A stretch of 64,000 nt of DNA from an uncultured Acidimicrobiia bacterium (GCA_963809885.1 CAWELA010000003.1:576123-640122), one strand, 5' to 3'; counted from the stretch's first letter, positions 48,760 through 62,655 are shown. Notes: a model not told the origin generated them from the letters alone. A program made the numbers and translations.

Positions 48760-49920
48760 ATGAGGCAACGCAGCACCCGTCGGCGGGTCACACGGAAGCT
48801 GTGGATCCCTGCGCTCGCGACGCTGGCCCTGGTGCTCGCCGCCTGCTCCACCGAGTCCGGCCCCGAGAACGGTCAGAACGGGCTCCGCCCCAAGGGCACG
48901 TACGCGACGAAGATCGACAACCTCTTCACCCCGGTGTTCTGGGTCGCGATGGTGATCCTCGTCTTCGTGCTCGGCGCCACGCTCTTCATCGCGCTCAGGT
49001 TCCGCGTGCGCAAGGGGAAGGAAGTCCGGCCGAAGCAGATCCACGGCTCGACCCCGTTCGAGATCAGCTGGACGATCGTGCCCGCGGTGATCCTCGCGAT
49101 CATCGCGGTGCCGACGGTCGCGCTCACCTTCGAGCTCTCGGAGAAGCCCGCCGACCCCGTGAAGATCACGGTGGTCGGCAAGCAGTGGTGGTGGCAGTTC
49201 GACTACCCGCAGCAGGCCGGTATCGACAACAAGATCGTCACCGCCGACGAGATGCACATCCCGACCGGCCGCGACGTGCTGCTCACGCTGAAGGCATGCG
49301 ACCCGTCGCTGCCCGGTGGCTTCGAGGGTGGGCCGGGCTGCAACGTGATCCACAGCTTCTGGGTGCCGGAGCTCGCCGGCAAGCGCGACGTCGTTCCCGG
49401 GCACGACAACCAGATGAAGATCAAGGTCGACACGCCCGGCACGTACCTCGGGCAGTGCGCGGAGTACTGCGGCCTCTCCCACGCCAACATGCGCTTCCGC
49501 GTCATCGCGCAGACACCCTCCGACTACGAGGCGTGGCTCGCCGGGCAGCAGAAGGGCCCGGCGGTGTCGCTGGCCGACGCAGGCGCGGCCAAGGACCTCT
49601 TCACCACCAAGTACCAGTGCACCAACTGCCACACGACCGAGGACTCCGAGCATCAGCGTGTACGGCCCGAACCTCACGCACCTCGCGAGCCGCACGCACG
49701 TTCGCGAGCGGCTACTACGAGCTCACGCGGTCGAAGCTGATCGAGTGGATCCTCGACGCGCCCGTCGCTGATCCCGATGCAGTCCGAGGACTGTCGCCTC
49801 CCACCGCCGGCGACGTGCGTCGGGATGCCCTCGTTCACGCAGAACACGCCCAAGGGCTATCCGGTGATGACGCAGTCCGAGGCCGCGACCATCGCTGACT
49901 ACCTCCTGGAGCTGAAGTGA
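48760..49920 (+). CDS. ctaC: Cytochrome c oxidase subunit II with fused c-type cytochrome (caa3-type), lipoprotein (frameshifts in the cytochrome domain)
   Basis: Lipobox LAAC; GKQWWW; VIHSFW; CuA motif CAEYCGLSHANM; heme motif CTNCH; GPNLT; GMP axial Met. Confidence 0.92.
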
Positions 49921-49945
49921 GCACCGTCCCGAGGGAGTGCCGGGC

Positions 49946-51865
49946 ATGACCACGGTCCAGGACGCGGTCGCGGTCGCGCAACGCCGTCCGTTCGTCCTTC
50001 GTCGCCCGAAGGCGACGACGGGCGTGTGGAGCTGGTTCACCACCGTCGACCACAAGAAGATCGGCATCATGTACGGCGCTGCGGCGCTGCTGTTCTTCCT
50101 CGTCGGCGGCATCGAGGCGCTGCTGATCCGGCTGCAGCTGTTCCAGGCGAACGGCTCGGTCCTGACGGCCGCGCAGTACAACGAGCTCTTCACGATGCAC
50201 GGCACCACGATGGTGTTCCTCGTCGGCATGCCGATGGCCGTCGCGTTCGGCAACTACTTCGTGCCGCTCATGATCGGTGCGCGCGACGTCGCCTTCCCCC
50301 GGATCAACGCCTTCGGGTTCTGGATCGTCTGCGCCGGTGCGATCTTCCTGTACTCGAGCTTCATCCCCGGCGTGAACGGCGTCCCGAACGGCGGGTGGTT
50401 CGGCTACACGCCGCTCACGAGCACGCCGATCGACTCGGGCTTCCTGCCCGGCCATGGCCCCGACTTCTGGTCCGTCGGCATCATCATGCTCGGGATCGGG
50501 TCGACGACCTCGGCGATCAACTTCATCGTCACCATCCTCAACATGCGTGCGCCCGGCATGACGCTCATGCGGATGCCGGTGTTCGTCTGGATGATGCTCG
50601 TGACGGCGTTCCTCACCGTGTTCGCGATGCCGATCATCACCGTCGCGCTGATCATGGTGTTCACCGACCGGAACTTCGGGACGCTGTTCTTCTCACCGGC
50701 CGCGGGCGGCGATCCGCTGCTGTACCAGCACCTCTTCTGGCTGTTCGGCCATCCCGAGGTGTACATCCTGATCCTGCCGGGCATGGGCATCGTGTCGGAG
50801 ATCCTGCCCGTGTTCTCGCGCAAGCCGCTGTTCGGCTACGCGGTCGTGGTCTTCTCGGGCATCGCGATCGGGTTCCTGGGGTGGGGTGTGTGGGCGCACC
50901 ACATGTTCGCCACCGGCCTCGGTCCGGTCGCGGTCTCGGCGTTCGGGCTCTCGACCATGCTGATCGCGATCCCGACCGGGGTGAAGATCTTCAACTGGCT
51001 GGGGACGGTGTGGAAGGGCGCACTCCGCCTCAACACGCCGATGTTGTTCGCGCTCGGGTTCATCGTGATGTTCACCATCGGCGGCTTGTCGGGGGTCCTG
51101 CACTCGATCGTCCCCGCGGACACGCAGCAGACCGACACCTACTTCGTGGTCGCACACTTCCACTACGTGCTGTTCGGCGGGCTGATGCTCGCCGTGTTCG
51201 GTGGGCTGTACTACTGGCTCCCGAAGGTCTTCGGCCGGATGCTCAACGATCGCCTCGGCAAGTTCAACTTCTGGACCATGCTCATCGGGTTCAACCTCAC
51301 GTTCTTCCCGATGCACCTGCTCGGGCTCTGGGGCATGCCGCGGCGCACCTACCGGTACGACTCCGGCCTCGGGTGGGAGGGCACGAACCAGCTCGTGAGC
51401 GTCGGCGCGTTCCTGATCGCGTTCTCGACCCTGATCTTCCTCTCGAACGTGATCGTGTCCCTCGTGATGAAGCGTGGTGAGCCGGCGGGCGACGACCCGT
51501 GGGACGGCCGGACGCTCGAGTGGTCGATCTCCTCGCCGCCGCCGGAGTACAACTTCGCCGAGGTCCCCGAGGTCACGAGCCGCGACGAGTTCTGGCACCA
51601 CAAGTACACCGAGGACGACGAGGGCATGCTCGTCGCGATCCCGAGCGGTGGTGCCTATGGCGACCACGACGATGCCGCGTCGCACGACGGGCACGGCATC
51701 CACCTGCCGTCGCCCTCGATCTACCCACTGATCCTGGCCCTCGGGCTGCTGCCGATCGGGTACGCCGCGGTGTACCAGAACTGGATCCCCCTGGTGATCG
51801 GCGTGCTGATCCTGCTGTTCGGCATGTACGCGTGGAGCATCGAGCCCGGCACCGAAGAGGCATGA
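49946..51865 (+). CDS. ctaD: Cytochrome c oxidase subunit I (A1 type, C-terminal two-helix extension)
   Basis: TVDHKKIG, TMHGT, GHPEVY, WAHHM, VAHFHY, GMPRR. Confidence 0.97.
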   Translation: MTTVQDAVAVAQRRPFVLRRPKATTGVWSWFTTVDHKKIGIMYGAAALLFFLVGGIEALLIRLQLFQANGSVLTAAQYNELFTMHGTTMVFLVGMPMAVAFGNYFVPLMIGARDVAFPRINAFGFWIVCAGAIFLYSSFIPGVNGVPNGGWFGYTPLTSTPIDSGFLPGHGPDFWSVGIIMLGIGSTTSAINFIVTILNMRAPGMTLMRMPVFVWMMLVTAFLTVFAMPIITVALIMVFTDRNFGTLFFSPAAGGDPLLYQHLFWLFGHPEVYILILPGMGIVSEILPVFSRKPLFGYAVVVFSGIAIGFLGWGVWAHHMFATGLGPVAVSAFGLSTMLIAIPTGVKIFNWLGTVWKGALRLNTPMLFALGFIVMFTIGGLSGVLHSIVPADTQQTDTYFVVAHFHYVLFGGLMLAVFGGLYYWLPKVFGRMLNDRLGKFNFWTMLIGFNLTFFPMHLLGLWGMPRRTYRYDSGLGWEGTNQLVSVGAFLIAFSTLIFLSNVIVSLVMKRGEPAGDDPWDGRTLEWSISSPPPEYNFAEVPEVTSRDEFWHHKYTEDDEGMLVAIPSGGAYGDHDDAASHDGHGIHLPSPSIYPLILALGLLPIGYAAVYQNWIPLVIGVLILLFGMYAWSIEPGTEEA

Positions 51866-51875
51866 GGTAGCGCGG

Positions 51876-52556
51876 ATGGCGACCATCGACCAGACCACGG
51901 GCCAGAGCACCACGCGCCCGGCGAGCGAGCAGACCGCCGAGGTCGGCGGGCCGCCCGTCCAGGGCACCCCGGGCCACGACGCGCACGCCACGGCGACGGG
52001 TGTCACGCACCCCAAGCTCGCGATGTGGCTCTTCCTCTCGTCGGACTGCCTCTTCTTCGGCGCGTTCATCGCGGCCTACCTGCTCTACCGGGGTCGCGAC
52101 ACCTCGGGACCCGGGCCCCGCGAGCTCTTCGACATCCCGTTCACCTCCGCCACCTCGTTCATCCTGCTGATGAGCTCGCTCACGATGGTGCTCGCGCTCG
52201 CCGCGATCCAGCGTGGCGACCACCGCCGGGTGCGGATCTGGCTCCTGTCCACCGCGCTGCTGGGTGCGACCTTCATCGGTGGCCAGATCTTCGAGTTCAC
52301 CGAGTTCACGCGAGAGGGACTGAAGGTCAGCACGAACCTCTTCGGGTCGTCCTTCTACCTGCTCACTGGCTTTCACGGCGCGCACGTCACCATCGGCATC
52401 ATCTGGCTGCTGTCACTGTGGGGCATGTCCGCCCGCGGACGGCTCCCCACCAAGAACGCCGAGAGTGTCGAGATCGCCGGGTTGTACTGGCACTTCGTGG
52501 ACGTCGTGTGGATCATCATCTTCACGGTGATCTACCTGGTCCCCCAGCCGCGCTGA
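51876..52556 (+). CDS. ctaE: Cytochrome c oxidase subunit III (short form)
   Basis: MWLFLSSDCLFFG, TGFHGAHV, YWHFVDVVW. Confidence 0.95.
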   Translation: MATIDQTTGQSTTRPASEQTAEVGGPPVQGTPGHDAHATATGVTHPKLAMWLFLSSDCLFFGAFIAAYLLYRGRDTSGPGPRELFDIPFTSATSFILLMSSLTMVLALAAIQRGDHRRVRIWLLSTALLGATFIGGQIFEFTEFTREGLKVSTNLFGSSFYLLTGFHGAHVTIGIIWLLSLWGMSARGRLPTKNAESVEIAGLYWHFVDVVWIIIFTVIYLVPQPR

Positions 52557-52581
52557 CCTACGTCGAGGAGGCACGGAAGCG

Positions 52582-52962
52582 ATGAGCGACACACGAATCG
52601 GGGACATCGAGATCGCGGCCAAGGGCGAGCTCGCGCACGCGATGGAGCCGGCCCCCGGTCTGCTCCCCGGCGAGATCAAGAAGCACCCGTCACCGTTCAA
52701 GTACGTCGTCATCGCGATCGTCCTGTGCATCGTCACCGGGATCGAGATCGGCATCTCCTACCTCGACGGCGACATCCCCGACGGGCTGCTCGTCACGCTG
52801 CTGCTCGTGCTCGCGATCATGAAGTTCGTCGGCGTCGCGGGCTGGTACATGCACCTCCAGACCGACCAGCCGGTCTTCCGACGTTTCTTCATCCTCGGGT
52901 GCATCGCCGCGGTGACTCTCTACACGATCGTGCTCGCGACCCTCAGCATCTTCGCGGCATAG
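52582..52962 (+). CDS. Cytochrome c oxidase subunit IV family protein
   Basis: Three TM segments, YVVIAIVLCIVTGIEI, KF..WYMHL; follows ctaE. Confidence 0.85.
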   Translation: MSDTRIGDIEIAAKGELAHAMEPAPGLLPGEIKKHPSPFKYVVIAIVLCIVTGIEIGISYLDGDIPDGLLVTLLLVLAIMKFVGVAGWYMHLQTDQPVFRRFFILGCIAAVTLYTIVLATLSIFAA

Positions 52963-52965
52963 GAG

Positions 52966-53826
52966 TTGGTCGACGTGCTCGGCGCGGCGCAGATCCCCGG
53001 TTGGGAGGCCCAGCCCGACGTCTGGCTCCTCATCGCCGCCCTGGCCGCGGGGTACTGGATCACCGTGGTGCGAATCGGCCCGCGGTACGCGGTCCCGGGG
53101 CGCCCGCTCGTCACGAGACTGCAGGGGACCTGTTGGGCACTCGGGGTCCTGACGACGTGGATCGCGGCCGACTGGCCCGTGCACCTCGTCGCCGAGAAGA
53201 TGAACTACAGCGTCCACATGCTGCAGCACCTGATGTTCGCGATGGTCGCAGCGCCGTTGCTGCTGCTCGGCACGCCGGGGTGGATGGCGCGCTGGGTGCT
53301 CAGACCGGGCAGTGCCCTGTTCCGCACGGTGCGCTGGTGGTCGCGGTTCCTCCCGGCGTTGGTCCTCTTCAACGTCGTGCTGGTGTTCACGCACTGGCCG
53401 GCGCTCGTCAACGCGAGCCTCGAGAACGGGTTCCTCCACTTCTGCGTGCACACGCTGCTCTTCGTTTCGTCGCTGATCGTCTGGATGCCGGTGCTCTCCC
53501 CGCTCCCGGAGATCCCGCGCCTCGCTGCGCCGGTCCGCGCTGTCTACCTCTTCCTGCAGTCGGTCGTCCCGACGGTCCCCGCGTCGTTCCTCACCTTCGG
53601 CGCGTACCCTCTGTACAAGTTCTACGAGGGCAAGCAGCACCTGTGGGGTCTCACGACCCTCGAGGACCAGCAGGTCGCAGGGCTCATCATGAAGATCGGC
53701 GCCGGGATGCTGCTCTGGGCGCTGATCGCCATATTCTTCTTCCGGTGGGCGGCCGACGAGGAACGCCGCCAGCGCCCGCAGGTCCGCCAGGACCTCCAGC
53801 GTGAACTGACCCGGATGGGCTTGTGA
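52966..53826 (+). CDS. ctaG: Caa3-type cytochrome c oxidase assembly factor CtaG
   Basis: SVHMLQHL, APLLLLGTP, THWP, DQQVAGLIMK. Confidence 0.88.
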   Translation: MVDVLGAAQIPGWEAQPDVWLLIAALAAGYWITVVRIGPRYAVPGRPLVTRLQGTCWALGVLTTWIAADWPVHLVAEKMNYSVHMLQHLMFAMVAAPLLLLGTPGWMARWVLRPGSALFRTVRWWSRFLPALVLFNVVLVFTHWPALVNASLENGFLHFCVHTLLFVSSLIVWMPVLSPLPEIPRLAAPVRAVYLFLQSVVPTVPASFLTFGAYPLYKFYEGKQHLWGLTTLEDQQVAGLIMKIGAGMLLWALIAIFFFRWAADEERRQRPQVRQDLQRELTRMGL

Positions 53827-53839
53827 GGATCATCACCTG

Positions 53840-54526
53840 ATGACGACCACGACGACCGACACGCCCGAGGGCCCCGGCGACGGCCCCGAGGCGCCGCTCG
53901 CGATCGAGGCTGCACCCGACCCGCAGCAGGAAGCGCTCTGGACGCGCCTGATCCTGCCGCTCGCGCTGCCGATCCTGTCGATCGTCGCGCTGCTCGTGTG
54001 GTCGCTCAACATCTCACGAGCGTTCCTCGCCGGCGGCAAGACCGCCGCGCTCGTGATCATCTGCATCGTGCTCATCTCGATCATGGGTGGGGCGGCGATG
54101 ATGTCGGCCGCACCGCGCATGCGGACGTCGTCGAAGCTGCTCTTCGTCGCCTTCGCGTTCGCGCTCATCGTGTCGGCGGGCTACGTCTCGCTCGGCCCGA
54201 GCGAGGAGAAGCAGGTCGCCGCGAACTCCGGGTTCGTGGAGCCCAAGGGTCCGGCGGTCGCCACCGTCGAGGTCGACGCGCTGCCGTCGCTGAAGTTCCA
54301 GGCGACCGAGTTCACCACGAAGGCGGGCATCAACGACATGAAGTACGTCGACAAGGGTGGTACGCACACCCTCGTGTTCGCGGAGCCCTCGCTCGCCGGT
54401 TTCATCATCAACGTGCCGCCGACGTCGAGCAAGAAGGTCGACCTGAAGGCCGGTACCTACACGATCTTCTGCAGCATCCCGGGCCACCGTGCCGCCGGGA
54501 TGGAAGCGACGCTCGTCGTCAAGTAG
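53840..54526 (+). CDS. Membrane-anchored cupredoxin (type 1 blue copper) protein
   Basis: About 3 N-terminal TM helices; GGTHTL and GTYTIFCSIPGHRAAGM supply His/Cys/His/Met ligands. Confidence 0.85.
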   Translation: MTTTTTDTPEGPGDGPEAPLAIEAAPDPQQEALWTRLILPLALPILSIVALLVWSLNISRAFLAGGKTAALVIICIVLISIMGGAAMMSAAPRMRTSSKLLFVAFAFALIVSAGYVSLGPSEEKQVAANSGFVEPKGPAVATVEVDALPSLKFQATEFTTKAGINDMKYVDKGGTHTLVFAEPSLAGFIINVPPTSSKKVDLKAGTYTIFCSIPGHRAAGMEATLVVK

Positions 54527-54535
54527 CAGCCGGTA

Positions 54536-55419
54536 TCAGCACCCGCAACGCCTCGGGATCCACCGTCGCGGTGGCGGGGAGCGGGCCGACGCGCTCTCCG
54601 CTGGCCCAGAGGTCGAGCCCGACGTCGCCTCCGTCGTCCCGGCATCTCGACCGTACCGTCCCCGCAGCATCTCCACGCCGTCGACCCGGGTGTGGTGGCC
54701 CCGGAACACGCTGGGGAACCGGGCGATGAACGTCGTCGTCGGCTTGTCGGTGATCAGACACACGTCGAGCAGCCCGTCGTCGGCTGACGCGCCGGGCGTG
54801 ATCTTCAGCCCGCCGGCGTACCAACGGGTGTTCCCGATGGCGACCAGCCACGCGCGGCCGCGCCACTCGTCGTCGTCGACGCGGACCACGAGCGGTTGGG
54901 GGCGGTAGGTCGCGACCGTGCGCGCGATGGCGAGCAGGTAGAGGGTCGACCCGCTCGCCCACGTGATGTCGTTGGCCCACCGGTTGGCCTCGGCGTCGAA
55001 CCCGGTGTTGGCGATGGTCGTGAAGGCGCGCTCGGTTCCGTCCGCAGCCGTGGCCCGGCCGAGGTCGAGGTCGCGGAGGTCGCCGGTCGCGAGGAGGTCG
55101 ACCGCCCGGAGCGGGTGGCGGAGGTCGAGACCGAGCTCGCGCGCGAAGTCGTTGCCGGCCCCGGTCGGGACGATTGCGAGCGGGCCCCCGTGCTCGGCGG
55201 CCACGCCGGCGAGGCCGGCCACCGTCCCGTCGCCGCCGCACGCCGCGACGCCTTCGCCGCGTGCGAACGCCGCCGCGGGCCGCCCGCTCGCCGTCGTCGT
55301 GCGTCGGTGGCCACGTGGACCAGGGCGCCCTGCTCCCGGAACGCCTCCCGCAAGCCGGGGAGCGCCCGTCGGGTCCGGCCCCGGCCCGCGACGGGGTTCA
55401 CGACCGCAGTCCAGCGCAT
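54536..55419 (-). CDS. Diacylglycerol kinase (YegS/DgkB) family lipid kinase (one frameshift)
   Basis: VVNPVAG, CGGDGT, PTGAGNDFAR, GNTRWYAGG, DDGLLDV. Confidence 0.9.
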
Positions 55420-55503
55420 GGCCGCGGATCGTACCGGGGCGGCCCATCCGGGCTTCGGGGGCGCTTCCCCGAAGCCGGGGTCGTCGGCGGTAGCGTCGGC
55501 GCC

Positions 55504-56231
55504 GTGGCCCACGGCATCGACCTGTCCCGTTTGCCGCGCCACGTCGCGGTGGTCATGGACGGCAACGGGCGTTGGGCCCAGCGGCGCGGCCTGAAGCGCA
55601 CCGACGGCCACGCCGCCGGCGAGGAGGCGCTGTTCGACACCGTCGAGGGCGGCCTCGACATCGGGTTGCAGTGGCTGACGGTGTACGCCTTCTCCACCGA
55701 GAACTGGCGGCGTCCGCTCGACGAGGTGCGCTTCCTCATGCGCTTCAACGAGTCGTTGCTGCTCCGGCGGCGCGACGACCTGAACGAGCGAGGCGTTCGG
55801 GTGCGCTTCATCGGTCGGCGAGGCGGGCGCGTCCCGCGCCGTGTGCTCCGGCACATCGAGGACACCGAGGCGCTGACCGCGAAGAACCGGCGGATGACGC
55901 TCACCTTCGCCTTCAACTACGGCGGGCGGGCCGAGCTGGTCGACGCGGTCCGGGCCATCGCCACCGAGGCGCGGGGCCGCAAGCTCGACCCGGGGAAGAT
56001 CGACGAGCGGACGATCCAGAAGCACCTGTACGCGCCCGACATGCCCGATCCCGACCTGCTCGTGCGCACCTCGGGCGAGTACCGCACCTCGAACTATCTG
56101 CTCTGGGAGGCCGCGTACAGCGAGCTCGTGTTCACCGACGTGCTCTGGCCCGACTTCCGGCGCGAAGGACCTGTTCGCGGCGATCCGCGAGTTCCAGAAC
56201 CGCAAGCCGCCGCTTCGGCGCCATCGAGTGA
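55504..56231 (+). CDS. uppS: Polyprenyl (undecaprenyl/decaprenyl) diphosphate synthase (frameshift near 3' end)
   Basis: HVAVVMDGNGRWA, YAFSTENWRRP, NYGGR, RTSGEYRTSNYLLW. Confidence 0.95.
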
Positions 56232-56281
56232 GGCCGGGCGCTCAGGGTGACGGGTGACACGGGTGTAACTACACTCCTGTC

Positions 56282-57027
56282 GTGGCGCTCTACCGGGACC
56301 AGGGCGTGGTCCTCCGCTCGATCAAGCTCGGCGAGACGGACCGCATCGTCACGATGCTCACCCAGGGCCACGGCAAGGTGCGGGCCGTCGCCAAGGGCGT
56401 CCGCAAGCCCGGGAGCCGCTTCGGCGCCCGCCTCGAGCCCACCAGCCACGTCGCGCTCCAGTGCTACCGGGGCCGCGAGCTCGACATCGTCACCCAGGTG
56501 GAGACGATCGACGCGAACCGGGCGCTGCGGGAGCACTACGGCTGCCTCACCCACGCCGTCTCCATGCTCGAGGCCGTCGACCAGGTCGCGATGGAGCGGG
56601 AGCCGAACCACGCGCTCTACCGGATGCTCGAGAGCGCCTTGCGCACGCTCGCCCGGGAGCCCTCCCCGATCGTGAGCGCGGCCTTCTTCTGGAAGCTCCT
56701 GTCGCTGCGAGGGGTTCCACCCGATGCTCGACGCGTGCGCTCGCTGCGGACGGGGATCCGACGATCCCGATGCCGGCGCCCCGGTTGCGTTCGTGGCCTT
56801 CGATCTGGCGGAGGGTGGCGTGCTGTGCGCCGAATGTGGGCACCTCGGAGGCCGCCGTACCTCGCCCGAGTCCCTCGAGGTCGTCGCGCGGATCGTCGGC
56901 GGGCAGGTGCGGGGCGTGCTCGACGACCCGCCGCCCGAGGCGGTGCTCCGCGAGGTCGAGCGTCTCGCGATCGCGGCGCTCGAGTACGCCTCCGACCGCC
57001 GGCTCCGGAGCGCCGGCGCTCCTCTGA
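56282..57027 (+). CDS. recO: DNA repair protein RecO (one frameshift)
   Basis: [39 protein letters not shown] zinc finger. Confidence 0.94.
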
Positions 57028-57094
57028 AGCAGCGCCGAAGGCGCCCGTCCGAAAAGGGATCGTCGGGGTCGCGGCGATACCATCAACGTCTCGT

Positions 57095-58424
57095 ATGGCC
57101 TCCTCCGACCAGATGGATCGCGTCGTCAACCTGTGCAAGCGGCGGGGGTTGGTCTTCCCGTCCAGCGAGATCTACGGCGGGTTCCGCTCCACCTGGGACT
57201 ACGGGCCCCTCGGCGTCGAGCTGAAGCGCAACGTCAAGGACGCCTGGTGGCGGGCGATGGTCCAGATGCGCGACGACGTCGTCGGGCTCGACGCCGCGAT
57301 CCTCATGGCGCCCGAAGGTCTGGGAGGCGAGCGGTCACCTCGCCACCTTCACCGACCCGCTCGTCGACTGCCGCAACTGCAAGGAGCGGTTCCGGGCCGA
57401 TCACCTGCCGAAGTCCGGCGCCTGCCCGAACTGCGGCGCCAAGGACTCCTTCACCGAGGCCCGCCACTTCAACCTCATGTTCAAGACCTTCGTCGGCCCC
57501 GTGGAGGACGACGCCTCGGTCGCCTACCTGCGCCCGGAGACCGCCCAGGGCATCTTCGTGAACTTCGCGAACGTCCAGACGACGACCCGCAAGAAGCCGC
57601 CGTTCGGCATCGCCCAGATCGGGAAGTCCTTCCGCAACGAGATCACGCCGGGGAACTTCATCTTCCGGACCCGCGAGTTCGAGCAGATGGAGATGGAGTT
57701 CTTCGTGCCGCCGGAGGACGTCGAGCAGTGGTACGAGTACTGGTGCCAGGCGCGGTACGAGTGGCACCACGACCTCGGCATCCCCGAGGAGCACCTCCGC
57801 CTGCGGCCGCACGACGCCGAGGAGCTCTCGCACTACTCCACCGGCACGTCCGACGTGGAGTACGAGTTCCCGTGGGGCTGGGGTGAGCTCGAGGGCATCG
57901 CGAACCGCACCGACTTCGACCTCAAGCAGCACGCGAAGTTCTCGGGCGAGGAGCTGTCGTACTTCGACCAGGAGCACGACCGCCGCTACGTGCCGTACGT
58001 GATCGAGCCGGCGCTCGGTGCGGACCGCGCCACGCTCGCCTTCCTCCTCGCCGCGTACGAGGAGGAAGAGGTACCCAACGGCAAGGGCGGGACCGAGAAG
58101 CGGACGGTCCTGCGCCTCGACCCGCGGCTCGCGCCGATCAAGGTCGCGGTGCTCCCGCTGTCCAAGAACGAGAAGCTCGTGCCGGTCGCCGACGAGATCG
58201 CGGGCGCGCTGCGGCCCGACTTCATGATCGACGTCGACGCGGCCGGATCGATCGGACGCCGCTACCGGCGCCAGGACGAGGTCGGCACGCCGTACTGCGT
58301 GACGGTCGACTTCGACACCCTCGACGACCAGGCCGTCACGGTGCGCGATCGGGACTCCATGTCCCAGGATCGCGTGTCCGTCGACGGGCTGGTCACCTAC
58401 TTGCGGGAGCGGTTGCCGTGGTGA
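57095..58424 (+). CDS. glyQS: Glycine--tRNA ligase, alpha2 homodimeric type (one frameshift)
   Basis: [53 protein letters not shown]. Confidence 0.96.
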
Positions 58425-59486
58425 ACGAAGACGAGACCAACTACGACGTGCTCGGCGTCGCGCCGAACGCGAGCAAGGAGGAGATCCGCTCCGCATACCG
58501 GGAGCGGCTCGCCGACGCGCAGGCAGCGGTCACCCGTGAGGAGACCGCGAAGAAGCCGCAGCGGGTCGGCGATCGCCGAGGCACGCGAGGAGGAGGCGAG
58601 CATCCGCGCTGCGTGGCAGGTCCTGAGCGACCCGGTGCAGCGCGAGCGCTACGACGCCGCTCGCGGGATCGACAACACCGGGACCGCCCTCGACTTCGAC
58701 GACGACGAGCAGGACGACGACGACGACGAGGTGGAGATGACGCCGCGTGAACGGCGCGCGGCCGACCGGGCCAAGGCCATGGCCAACCGTCCGCCCGGGC
58801 TCTTCTCGACCGAGATCCCACCGACGCCCGCGAGCTGGCCCCCCGGTGTCCAGCCGCCACCGCCCCGCGCCCGCTTCTTCGCGCTGTCCATCGACGTGTT
58901 CATCCTGTCGATCCTCATCGCGCTCCAGCTCCTGATCACGCCACTGGTGATCGACCAGATGAAGCCGGGCGTCCAGGACACGCCTCGACACCATCTCGAC
59001 ACAGATCGACAAGGCCGAACAACAAGAAGGACAAGGCCGACTCCGCCGCCGACAAGGCGAAGAACGGTTCGGAGGCCAAGAAGACGGCCAAGGCCGAGTC
59101 GAAGTCGCTCGACGCGAAGATCACCAAGGAGGAGGACAAGCAGACCGAGCTGCGCAACGAGCTCCTGCCGATCACGATCGGCATGAGCCTCGTCGTGTTC
59201 GGGCTCGCGCTGCTGTACCTCGTGCCGTCGAGCGTCCGGACCGGTCGGACGCTGGGGAAGAAGCTGCTCCAGATCCGAGCCGTCAACGCCGACGGGTCGC
59301 CCGCTCAGCCTGCGGGGTGCGACCCGGCGCTACGGCGCCCCGCTCGTCGCCGGGCTGTTCCTGTCGAGCATCGTCGGACCGCTCGGCTACATGTTCGTCC
59401 TGGTGGGGGTGCTCACGTGGCCCCGGAACCCGAACTACCAGGGTCTCCAGGACCGCCTCGCGAAGACCATCGTCGTCGACGGCTGA
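58418..59486 (+). CDS. J-domain-like / RDD-family fusion membrane protein (frameshifted)
   Basis: [30 protein letters not shown]; acidic linker; [33 protein letters not shown]. Confidence 0.75.
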
Positions 59487-59575
59487 CAAGTCGGGGAGGC
59501 ACGGCGCACGGGCCTCGGTAGGCTCGTTCGCGCGCGACCGCAACGCCACCGCACGGAAGCCCGAAAGGTGATCCA

Positions 59576-62217
<2,642 letters not shown>

Positions 62218-62241
62218 GTCGTCGCCGGCCCCGGTCGTCCC

Positions 62242-62655
62242 ATGCCTGCGCTCACGGCCACCGAGGTCCGCGACTTCCTCGAGGAGATCTGGCCCGGCAG
62301 CACCGAGGCGTACGAGATCGAGGCTGTCGGGGAGGGCACGGCCCGCCTCCGCATGCTCTTCACCCCCGCGCGGCTTCGGCCCGGCGGCATCGTCTCGGGA
62401 CCGGCGCTGATGTCGCTGGCCGACTGCGCGGTCTGGGTGGCACTGCTCGGCGAGATCGGCCGCGAAGCCATGACGATGACGGTCAGCCTCAACATCAACT
62501 TCTTGCGGCCGGCGCCGCCGGCCGACGTGCTCGCCGACGTCCGGCTGCACAAGGTGGGCAAGCGACTCGCGACCGGTGACGTGCTGATGTTCACCGACCG
62601 CGATCCCGACCCGGTCGCGCAGGCGACCGTCACGTACGCGATGCCGGCACGCTAG
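62242..62655 (+). CDS. PaaI family (hotdog fold) thioesterase
   Basis: LRPGGIVSGPALMSLAD, TVSLNINFLRP, VAQATVTY. Confidence 0.88.
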   Translation: MPALTATEVRDFLEEIWPGSTEAYEIEAVGEGTARLRMLFTPARLRPGGIVSGPALMSLADCAVWVALLGEIGREAMTMTVSLNINFLRPAPPADVLADVRLHKVGKRLATGDVLMFTDRDPDPVAQATVTYAMPAR

